Virus record (IMG/VR): IMGVR_UViG_2974499565_000001
Coordinates: 1-38,702 of that record
DNA: 38,702 bases
Strand: one strand, 5' to 3'
DNA from: a virus
Taxonomy: Duplodnaviria > Heunggongvirae > Uroviricota > Caudoviricetes > Demerecviridae
Shown: positions 16,276-24,948 of the stretch, in pieces
Layout of the letters: each line of letters starts with the position of its first letter
How positions within the stretch are numbered: the stretch's first letter is position 1
Notes under the pieces: model-generated
What the model saw: only the letters and a program-made list of their open reading frames with translations
Told to the model about the DNA's origin: nothing
Database searches by the model: none
Program-made: the position numbers and the translations under genes

Positions 16276-19121
16276 AGAAAATTCTTGACACAGCTAGAGA
16301 GTATTTAAGATCACACAATAAAATAAAAACAGCGTGTCTTATTACTCTTGAGCTTCCTAGCTCTACTGGATCTAGTACTTCTTATATCTACCTAACTGAC
16401 TACTTCAGGGATGTAGTATACAGCGGTATATTATATAGATCTGGTAAAGTTAAGTCTATAACAACACATAAGCAAAATAGAGATCTTTCCGTTGGTAGCC
16501 TTTCATTTACTATTACTGGTACAGCTGAGGACGAAGTACTAAAACTCGTTCAAAACGGTGTATCCTTCCTAGACAGAACTATCTCTATTCACCAAGCTGT
16601 TATTGATGAAGACGGCAATATTCTTCCGGTAGATCCAGAAACGAATGGTCCCCTTCTATACTTCCGCGGTAAGATTACTGGCGGCGGTATCAAAGATAAC
16701 GTAGCTACTTCCGGTATCAGTACTTCCATAATTACGTGGAACTGTTCAAATCAGTTCTACGATTTCGATAGAGTAAATGGACGTTATACTGATGATGCTG
16801 ACCATCGTGGCTTAGAGATTGTTGCAGGTGAGCTAGTACCTTCAAATGGTGCAAAACGTCCTGAGTATCAGGAAGACTATGGTTTCTTCCACTCTAACAA
16901 GAGTGTCTCATTCCTGGCGAAATATCAGGTACAGGAGGAAAGATATAAGTTACAATCTAAGAAGAAGCTATTTGGTCTATCAAGAAGTTATAGTTTAAAG
17001 AAATATTATGAAACTGTAACTAAAGAAGTAGATCTGGATTTCAACCTTGCAGCTAAATTTCTACCAGTAGTGTATGGAGTGCAGAAAATCCCGGGGCTTC
17101 CAGTATTTGCAGATACTGAGTTAAATAACCCAAACATTGTTTATGTTGTATATGCATTCTGTGAAGGTGAAATTGACGGATTTCTAGATTTCTACTTCGG
17201 CGATGTCCCCATGATCTGTATTGATGCAAACGATAGTACAGCTCGTACTTGTTTTGGTACTAAGAAAACAGCAGGTGACACGATGCAACGTATCGCATCT
17301 GGTATGTCAACTTCTGAACCTTCTGTACATGGTCAGGAATATAAGTATAACGATGGCAACGGTGATATCCGAATTTGGACTTACCATGGTAAAGCTGACC
17401 AGACTGCTTCCGAAGTACTAGTAAACATTGCCAAAGAGAAAGGTTTCTACCTTCAAAACAGTTATGGTAATGGCCCTGAGTACTGGGATGAACGATATAA
17501 GCTTCTGGATACTGCATATGCAGTCGTTCGTTTCACTATTAATGAGAATAGAACTGAGATTCCAGAAGTTAGTGCAGAAGTTCAAGGTAAAAAGGTTAAG
17601 ATCTATCATCCAGATGGTAGTGTGGTTGCTAATGCTACTAGTTTGAATGGTATCTGGCAGACTCTGGACTACTTAACTTCAGATCGTTACGGTGCTAATA
17701 TCACTATCGATCAGTTTCCATTGACTCAGTTAATCCAAGAAGCTTCGATTCTAGATATAATTGATGAATCCTATCAGCAATCTTGGCAGCCATATTGGAG
17801 ATATACTGGCTGGACTGATATGTCTAAGGATAATAGACAGATAGTTCAGATGAATACCATAGTAGATACTGCTGAATCTGTATTTAAGAACGTGCAAGGT
17901 CTCCTTGAGTCATATGGTGGTGCAATTAATAACCTCTCAGGTCAGTATAGAATAACAGTTGAGAAGTATTCAAATACTCCATTGGAGATTAACTTTTTAG
18001 ATACTTATGGTGACTTAGAGTTATCGGATACAACTGGTCGAAACAAGTTTAACTCAGTTCAGGCGTCTATTCTAGATCCTGCTCTAAGCTGGAAAACTAA
18101 TTCAATCACGTTCTTTAACTCCATATTTAAAGAACAAGATAAAGGATTAGATAAGAAGTTACAACTATCCTTTGCAAACATTACTAACTATTATACTGCA
18201 CGTAGTTTTGCTGATAGAGAACTGAAGAAGTCTCGTTACTCTAGAACTTTATCATTTTCTCTACCATACCATTTCATAGGTATTGAACCAAACGATCCGA
18301 TTGCATTTACATATGATCGTTATGGCTGGGAAAAGAAATATTTCCTAGTAGATGAAGTTGAAAACTCTAGAGAAGGCAAGATTAATATTACTCTACAAGA
18401 GTATGGAGAAGATGTGTTCATTAACTCCGAGCAAGTAGACAATAGTGGTAATGATATTCCTGATGTAAGTAATAACGTTCTTCCTCCAAGAGACTTTATT
18501 TATACCCCAACTCCTGGCGGTACTGTTGGAGCTATTGGTAAGAATGGTGAATTGTCTTGGCTTCCTAGCCTAACAAATAACGTTGTTTATTACTCTATTG
18601 TTCACTCCGGTCATGCTGATCCGTATATTGTGCAGCAGCTAGAGACTAATCCAAATGCTAGAATGATTCAAGAAATTATTGGAGAACCAGCTGGATTAGC
18701 AATCTTCGAGATTAGAGCAGTAGATATTAATGGTAGACGAAGTTCACCAGTAACCCTATCAGTAGAGCTAAACTCTGCTAAAAACTTAAGTGTTGTTAGT
18801 AACTTTAGAGTTATTAATACTGCTGCAGGAGATGCATCGGAATTTGTTGGGCCAGACGTTAAGTTGGCCTGGGATAGGATTCCAGAAGAAGACATTATTG
18901 AAGGAATCTACTACACTCTTGAAATCTACGATAATCTAGATCGTTTATTAAGAAGTGTCAGAATAGAAGATCAATATGTTTATGATTATCTACTGATATA
19001 TAATAAGGCAGACTATGCTTTGCTAAACGAAGATGCTCTAGGGATTAACAGAAAGTTACGTTTCCGAATTAGAGCAGAAGGTGATAATGGCGAGCAATCT
19101 GTGGATTGGGCATCTATTTAA
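16272..19121 (+). CDS. pb3: Baseplate hub / tail tip protein
   Basis: 949 aa, the T5 length. FnIII-like C-terminal segments and synteny. Confidence 0.93.
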   Translation: MKKILDTAREYLRSHNKIKTACLITLELPSSTGSSTSYIYLTDYFRDVVYSGILYRSGKVKSITTHKQNRDLSVGSLSFTITGTAEDEVLKLVQNGVSFLDRTISIHQAVIDEDGNILPVDPETNGPLLYFRGKITGGGIKDNVATSGISTSIITWNCSNQFYDFDRVNGRYTDDADHRGLEIVAGELVPSNGAKRPEYQEDYGFFHSNKSVSFLAKYQVQEERYKLQSKKKLFGLSRSYSLKKYYETVTKEVDLDFNLAAKFLPVVYGVQKIPGLPVFADTELNNPNIVYVVYAFCEGEIDGFLDFYFGDVPMICIDANDSTARTCFGTKKTAGDTMQRIASGMSTSEPSVHGQEYKYNDGNGDIRIWTYHGKADQTASEVLVNIAKEKGFYLQNSYGNGPEYWDERYKLLDTAYAVVRFTINENRTEIPEVSAEVQGKKVKIYHPDGSVVANATSLNGIWQTLDYLTSDRYGANITIDQFPLTQLIQEASILDIIDESYQQSWQPYWRYTGWTDMSKDNRQIVQMNTIVDTAESVFKNVQGLLESYGGAINNLSGQYRITVEKYSNTPLEINFLDTYGDLELSDTTGRNKFNSVQASILDPALSWKTNSITFFNSIFKEQDKGLDKKLQLSFANITNYYTARSFADRELKKSRYSRTLSFSLPYHFIGIEPNDPIAFTYDRYGWEKKYFLVDEVENSREGKINITLQEYGEDVFINSEQVDNSGNDIPDVSNNVLPPRDFIYTPTPGGTVGAIGKNGELSWLPSLTNNVVYYSIVHSGHADPYIVQQLETNPNARMIQEIIGEPAGLAIFEIRAVDINGRRSSPVTLSVELNSAKNLSVVSNFRVINTAAGDASEFVGPDVKLAWDRIPEEDIIEGIYYTLEIYDNLDRLLRSVRIEDQYVYDYLLIYNKADYALLNEDALGINRKLRFRIRAEGDNGEQSVDWASI

Positions 19122-21179
19122 ATGATTTCGAATAATGCACCAGCCAAGATGGTCTTAAATAGTATTATGACTGGATATACACTTGCGTATATCCAGCATT
19201 CTATCTACACCGACTACGACGTTATCGGTAGATCATTCTGGCTAAAACTTGGTGAAGAAGTAGAGAGACGAGACTATACTGGTGTCGATACTTTCTTTGT
19301 CATGATCAATAATTTAACTCCCTCTTCCACTTATCAGGTTCAGGGAGCTTTCTATGACTCGATTATAGATGAAGAACTTCTTGAAGCAAAGATTGGTATT
19401 AACCTTTCTAATGAAACTAATTTTAAAACAAAAGAAAGGCCGATCATTACTGCTGCAAGATCAGAATCAGAACCTGTTGATGTTGGTGTCGGTGCTCCGA
19501 TAGTTGTTGTGGAAACTGCTGGTGAAGCTAGTTACTGTACTATTGAATTAAAAAGCACTGCATCAGAAGATAGTGAATGGGTTAAATATTATATAGGTGC
19601 TCTGGGAGCTACCATCAAGTTTGGTGGAGTCCCTGTTGGCGACTATAAGATCAGAATATCTGGTCAAGTTACGATGCCAGATGGTGTTACAGTTGATTCA
19701 TCTGGTTATTATGAATATCCTAGCGTTTTCACTGTAGCTTATAATTTCGTACCACCTACTGCTCCAACTAACATTCATTTTAAAGCTGCTAGAATTGCAG
19801 ACGGTAAAGAACGTTATGATGTTAGAATTGAGTGGGATTGGTTAAAAGGTGGTGGTTCTAACGTTCGTGAGTTCTTAGTTACTTATATAGATTCTGCGGA
19901 ATTTGCTAGAACTGGATGGACTAAAGCCCAAAAGATAAACGTGGGTGCTGCCCAAGCTGCAACGATTGTTTCATTCCCATGGAAAGTTGATCATACCTTT
20001 AAGGTTGCATCGATTGCCTGGGGCCCTGATAAACAAGATATTACAGAATCTGCTCCTGTAACATTCATACTAAATGAAGATACTCCACTTGATAACAGCT
20101 TTGTTAATGAAACGGGTATTGAAGTTAACTATGCGTACATTAAAGGTAAACTTAATGACAATGGTACATGGAAGCAAACATTCTTAATTGATGCTGCAAC
20201 TGGTGCTATTAACATTGGTCTGCTAGACGAAGAAGGTAAAGCTCCAATCTCCTTTGATCCTATAAACCGTGTTGTTAACGTTGATGGTAAAGTAATTACT
20301 AGAGATATTAATGCTGCAAACTTTATTATGACTAACTTGTCTGGTAAAGATAATCCTGCAATCTACACTCAAGGCAAATCTTGGGGGGATAATAACTCTG
20401 GTATCTGGATGGGGATGGATAATGCCTCAGCCAAAGCAAAATTAGACATTGGTAATGCCACACAGTGGATTCGTTATGATGGTGATGTTTTACGTATCTC
20501 TAGTGGGGTAGTTATTGGAACGCCTAATGGTGATGTTGATATCGGAACTGGTTTGCAGGGTAAACAAACAGTATTTGTTTATAAATTAGCAACCTCCCTT
20601 CCTGCAAAACCCTTAGAACAAGATTACCCACCTCCTGGTTGGTCGAAGACTCCACCTAATCGTACAGATATGACTCAAAATATCTATGCGACTACAGGTA
20701 CACTTGATCCAGTCACTAATAAACTTCTTGTAGGTACTAGCTGGTCAGACGTGGTTCAATGGAGTGGTACTGAAGGTACTATCGGTCATGATGGACAACG
20801 TGGTCCTGGAATGTATTCTTTAGGTATTCCGGGTCTTGGTGGTTGGGATGATGGTCAGGCTAATGCCTTCTTCCAGAATAATTTCGGTGGTCCTCCCGTT
20901 AGATATGATGTGTTGACTGAGTTTAATAGTAATGCTCCACAATCTGCATTTACTCGTCAATGGAATGGTTCCGGTTGGGTTAGTCCCGCAATGGTACTTC
21001 ATGGTAACATGATCGTTGATGGTACTATAACCGCAAGTAAGATTGTGGCGAATAACGCCTTCTTATCCCAGATAGGTGTTAACGTTATCTACGATCGAAA
21101 CGCAGCATTATCAGATAACCCGGAAGCCTACTATAGAATGAAGATAGACCTAGCTACTGGGTATATCCATATAAGGTAA
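19122..21179 (+). CDS. pb4: Central straight fibre protein
   Basis: 685 aa. FnIII-like segments ([15 protein letters not shown]) and synteny. Confidence 0.9.
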   Translation: MISNNAPAKMVLNSIMTGYTLAYIQHSIYTDYDVIGRSFWLKLGEEVERRDYTGVDTFFVMINNLTPSSTYQVQGAFYDSIIDEELLEAKIGINLSNETNFKTKERPIITAARSESEPVDVGVGAPIVVVETAGEASYCTIELKSTASEDSEWVKYYIGALGATIKFGGVPVGDYKIRISGQVTMPDGVTVDSSGYYEYPSVFTVAYNFVPPTAPTNIHFKAARIADGKERYDVRIEWDWLKGGGSNVREFLVTYIDSAEFARTGWTKAQKINVGAAQAATIVSFPWKVDHTFKVASIAWGPDKQDITESAPVTFILNEDTPLDNSFVNETGIEVNYAYIKGKLNDNGTWKQTFLIDAATGAINIGLLDEEGKAPISFDPINRVVNVDGKVITRDINAANFIMTNLSGKDNPAIYTQGKSWGDNNSGIWMGMDNASAKAKLDIGNATQWIRYDGDVLRISSGVVIGTPNGDVDIGTGLQGKQTVFVYKLATSLPAKPLEQDYPPPGWSKTPPNRTDMTQNIYATTGTLDPVTNKLLVGTSWSDVVQWSGTEGTIGHDGQRGPGMYSLGIPGLGGWDDGQANAFFQNNFGGPPVRYDVLTEFNSNAPQSAFTRQWNGSGWVSPAMVLHGNMIVDGTITASKIVANNAFLSQIGVNVIYDRNAALSDNPEAYYRMKIDLATGYIHIR

Positions 21180-21183
21180 AATA

Positions 21184-21606
21184 ATGAGTACAGAAAATAG
21201 AGTAATTGATATTGTTGTTGACGAGAAAGTACCTTATGGTCTTATCATGCAGTTTATGGATGTTGATGATAGTGTCTATCCTCCAGCCGAGGTTCCTGTG
21301 AATTTAACAGGCTATTCACTTCGTGGAACTATCAAGGCAAGTCTTGATGAGGATGCCGAGACTTTAGCAACTTTTAAAGCTCGTGTAATCGATGCTGCTC
21401 AGGGAGCTGCTGCTATTAGTCTATCAATCTCCGATGTTACTAATATTGGTAATAAGGCATCCAAAGAACGTGATAAATATAACCCAAGACAACGTTTCGC
21501 TGGTTACTATGACATTCTAATGACTCGTGATGTTATTGGCTCAGAAGTCAGCTCATTCCGTATCATGGAAGGTAAAGTTTATATCAGCGATGGAGTAACT
21601 CAATAA
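21184..21606 (+). CDS. p132: Collar / lateral fibre anchoring protein
   Basis: 140 aa, BppU-like ([18 protein letters not shown]). Lies between pb4 and the fibre gene. Confidence 0.88.
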   Translation: MSTENRVIDIVVDEKVPYGLIMQFMDVDDSVYPPAEVPVNLTGYSLRGTIKASLDEDAETLATFKARVIDAAQGAAAISLSISDVTNIGNKASKERDKYNPRQRFAGYYDILMTRDVIGSEVSSFRIMEGKVYISDGVTQ

Positions 21607-24600
21607 TGGCAATCAGAACTAAAATTATTGTACAGCAGATTCTGAACATAGATGACACTACAACTACTGCTAGTAAGTATCCTAAGTATACAGTAGTTTT
21701 AGGTAACTCTATTAGTTCTATTACTGCTGGTGAATTGACTGCGGCTGTGGAAGCATCCGCAGCTTCAGCTGCTGCTGCAAAAGATTCTGAAATTGCAGCA
21801 AAAGAATCTGAAACAAATGCTAAGGACTCCGAGAACCTAGCTGCAATTTATGCTACTTCTTCTGAAACATCTGCAACTCAATCTGCGGCATCTGCTGCTG
21901 AGGCTGAAAGACAAGCAGGTCTATCACAAAAGAGTGCCGAAGCATCCGCTACATCCGCGGAAGAATCTAAAGGATTTAGAGATTCTGCGGAATTAGCGGC
22001 TCAAAATGCTGAAACTAGCCGTAGACTTGCAGAACAGGCTAAAACTGCTGCACAGCAAGCTCAGACAGCCGCAGAAACTGCTAAGACTGGTGCTGAAACC
22101 GCAAAAGCCGGAGCTGACGCTGCTGCTACAACTGCTGGTGAACATGCTGCTGCTGCTAAGCAATCGGAACTAAATGCTAAAGAATCAGAAACTAATGCTG
22201 CTGGTTCTGCTGTAGAAGCCGGAGATAAAGCTGTAGATGCTACTGCCGAGGCAGATCGTGCTAAAGCTGAGGCAGATCGTGCAACTCAGGTTGTTGATGG
22301 TAAACTTGATAAAGTAGATATTTCTGGCTTTATTAAAGTTTATAAGACGAAAGAAGAAGCAGATGCAGATGTTGCAAATCGTGTACTAGACGAGAAAGTT
22401 CTAGTCTGGAACCAAACTGATTCAAAATATGGTTGGTATAAAGTTGCAGGTACTGCTGAAGCTCCTGTTTTAGAACTTGTAGAAGTTGAACAAAAACTTG
22501 TATCAATCAACAACGTTCATGCTGACGATGCTGGTAACGTACAGATCACTCTTCCAGGTGGTAACCCTTCTTTATGGTTAGGTGAGGTTACTTGGTTCCC
22601 TTATGATAAAGATTCTGGTGTTGGTTATCCGGGTGTTCTACCTGCTGACGGTCGTGAAGTACTTCGTGTAGATTACCAAGATACTTGGGAAGCAATCGAA
22701 GCGGGTCTGATTCCTTCTGTTACTGAAGAAGAATGGCAGGCTGGTGCAACTCTTTACTTCTCTAAAGGTAACGGGACGACTACTTTCCGTTTACCGGATA
22801 TGATGCAAGGACAAGCATTCCGTGCACCAACTAAGGGCGAAGAAGATGCTGGTGTTGTTAAAGATCAGATTCCTTATATCACTACAGTTAATGGCATTGG
22901 ACCAGATGATGGTACTGGAGCAATTAAACTTCCTTATGTAGCAATGGTTAACGGAGCTATCGTACCAGATGAGGACGGAAACCTTTCTCTTGGTAACGTT
23001 GTTACCAAGAATGTGTGGGATGGTACTAATGGTGAAGTTCTACTTCGTGGTGCATTTGGTTTAGGTGGTGCGGGTATTGCGTTAAATGAGCCTAATTTAG
23101 TGTCTCTCTTCAAAGCTATGCGTGCTTTTGGTTCTGGTTACTATCGTAACGATACGGGTACTGAAGGACTACCAGCTTACTCTGCAGGATTTTACTCTAA
23201 AACAGCAGATACACATTCCTTTATTTGCCCCCAGTACTCAAGTGGTATTGTTTTCGTTGGTACTATTAATGATAATGTACTTGATGGTGAATCGCCTATG
23301 GTGCATACAAATATTCTTTATGGTACTGCGAATAAACCCGATCTGAATAATGATACTCAGGGAACTCTAGGCATTAATAAGGGAGGCACCGGGGCTAGTA
23401 CAGCTGATGCTGCAAAACAGAATATTGGTCTTGGAAGTTTTAGTACGGTATATGGCCAGGAGTCCCGTATGTACTGGCCACAAAACAATAACCGATATGT
23501 ATATTTAAACAATTCTGGAACTTGGGGGTGCTATGATATTGCTGAAGGTAAATCTATCCCGTTAGGATTAGGAAATGGAGGTACTGGTGCAACTGACGCT
23601 GGGGGTGCAAGAAATAATCTTGAACTTGGGGCGGGTGATTCTCCAATATTCGCAAATTTATCATTAACACGAGACGAAATTAATGGAGGCGGCTGGAGTA
23701 GCGGAACTGCATTATTTAATTCATATGTTAATGGTATAAGACGTGGTGCTACTACAATGTACAATGAGTTTCAAGCGGACGTATTTAAAACAACAATCGC
23801 AACTCATAATATGGATAATGGAAAAACCGCGTGGCTCCAATGGACTGAAGATGGTCACCTTCTCAATGTAAATGAAATGGGAATAAACAATCTACTTACA
23901 GTTAGAAATGGTGGTTTTCTTGGCCTTAATACTGTTGGTGGTGGGGGTAATAGAGATATTAAGCTATGGAACACATCTAGTGAGGTTGATATAAATCAGT
24001 CAGTGAGTGGTGTTCGTGGTAATTTCTATAATTCACACTGGCAGATTTATGGCTCTCGCGGTGGTAGTACAAATATGGATTCAATAACGCTACATCTCGG
24101 AAATCCTGATGAAGGAGATAATAAATGGTTCACATTTAATAGAGGTGCTGGTGGTTTTGGTGAAGCCCAGAAAGGCTGGAAGGGATTTCAAAGTAAGGGA
24201 GGATGGGGAATAGAGTGGGACCATATGGGAACGCCATTCTACTCTGACTCCCTTAATGCTGGTTCTGATTCTGGATCTTGGAGCCCTTTTATATCTGGAG
24301 GTTATCTTCACGAAGGGGGATATCACCTTAGAGCTGCGCTTGGTTTTATAGGGCAAGGTTCCCAAACATGGCCTAAAGCTTGTTTCAAACTTATAGGGGA
24401 TGGAGCGTATCATAGAGCTTTTGAATATGATGTTAATGGTAATATATTCACCTGGGGACAAGATTCATGGGGTGGTAGTTACGATTTTGCAAAAAATCCA
24501 ACATCAGATCGTGATCTTAAGAAGGATATTGAATATGTAGATGGTAGTGAAAGCTATGATCGTGTTATGCAATGGAAGCCTACAAAATTTAAGTATAAGA

Positions 24601-24905
24601 GAAGCGATATTCAAAGATACGGATTGATTGCGCAAGATCTACTAAGTATTGATGATCAGTATGTTAAGTTGGTACCTGGTTCCCCTATATTTGAGGATGT
24701 CATCGGTGTTACTGATGAGGGGGAAGAATATATTCATCACACTATAGAGACAGATAGAAATGATGATATACTGGCTTTAGATATCAATGTTATCGTTGCT
24801 GATATGGCTTGTGCTATGAAGTTTATGGGAGGAAAAATATCCCAGCTTGAACAGGAAATAGAGCAGCTTAAGAAGGCTCTAGTAGCTACTCTGGTAAATA
24901 AGTAA
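21606..24905 (+). CDS. ltfA: Lateral (L-shaped) tail fibre A with C-terminal S74-type autocleaving chaperone
   Basis: T5 pb1-like N-terminus (ASKYPKYTVVL), Ala-rich coiled coil, collar-like domain, GAFGLGG and LYGTANKP motifs. TSDRDLKKDI cleavage motif and terminal coiled coil. Confidence 0.92.
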   Translation: MAIRTKIIVQQILNIDDTTTTASKYPKYTVVLGNSISSITAGELTAAVEASAASAAAAKDSEIAAKESETNAKDSENLAAIYATSSETSATQSAASAAEAERQAGLSQKSAEASATSAEESKGFRDSAELAAQNAETSRRLAEQAKTAAQQAQTAAETAKTGAETAKAGADAAATTAGEHAAAAKQSELNAKESETNAAGSAVEAGDKAVDATAEADRAKAEADRATQVVDGKLDKVDISGFIKVYKTKEEADADVANRVLDEKVLVWNQTDSKYGWYKVAGTAEAPVLELVEVEQKLVSINNVHADDAGNVQITLPGGNPSLWLGEVTWFPYDKDSGVGYPGVLPADGREVLRVDYQDTWEAIEAGLIPSVTEEEWQAGATLYFSKGNGTTTFRLPDMMQGQAFRAPTKGEEDAGVVKDQIPYITTVNGIGPDDGTGAIKLPYVAMVNGAIVPDEDGNLSLGNVVTKNVWDGTNGEVLLRGAFGLGGAGIALNEPNLVSLFKAMRAFGSGYYRNDTGTEGLPAYSAGFYSKTADTHSFICPQYSSGIVFVGTINDNVLDGESPMVHTNILYGTANKPDLNNDTQGTLGINKGGTGASTADAAKQNIGLGSFSTVYGQESRMYWPQNNNRYVYLNNSGTWGCYDIAEGKSIPLGLGNGGTGATDAGGARNNLELGAGDSPIFANLSLTRDEINGGGWSSGTALFNSYVNGIRRGATTMYNEFQADVFKTTIATHNMDNGKTAWLQWTEDGHLLNVNEMGINNLLTVRNGGFLGLNTVGGGGNRDIKLWNTSSEVDINQSVSGVRGNFYNSHWQIYGSRGGSTNMDSITLHLGNPDEGDNKWFTFNRGAGGFGEAQKGWKGFQSKGGWGIEWDHMGTPFYSDSLNAGSDSGSWSPFISGGYLHEGGYHLRAALGFIGQGSQTWPKACFKLIGDGAYHRAFEYDVNGNIFTWGQDSWGGSYDFAKNPTSDRDLKKDIEYVDGSESYDRVMQWKPTKFKYKRSDIQRYGLIAQDLLSIDDQYVKLVPGSPIFEDVIGVTDEGEEYIHHTIETDRNDDILALDINVIVADMACAMKFMGGKISQLEQEIEQLKKALVATLVNK
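22248..22282 (+). repeat. GAGGCAGATCGTGC direct repeat with 21-nt (heptad) period in ltfA
   Basis: Copies at 22248-22261 and 22269-22282, encoding EADRAKA/EADRATQ. Confidence 0.8.
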
Positions 24906-24909
24906 GAGT

Positions 24910-24932
24910 ATAGGGGAGTAATTCTCCCCTAT
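24910..24932 (+). terminator. Stem-loop between ltfA and ltfB (weak terminator or processing site)
   Basis: ATAGGGGAG-TAATT-CTCCCCTAT 9-bp stem. The U-tract is short. Confidence 0.55.
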
Positions 24933-24948
24933 TTACTAAGGAAATACT

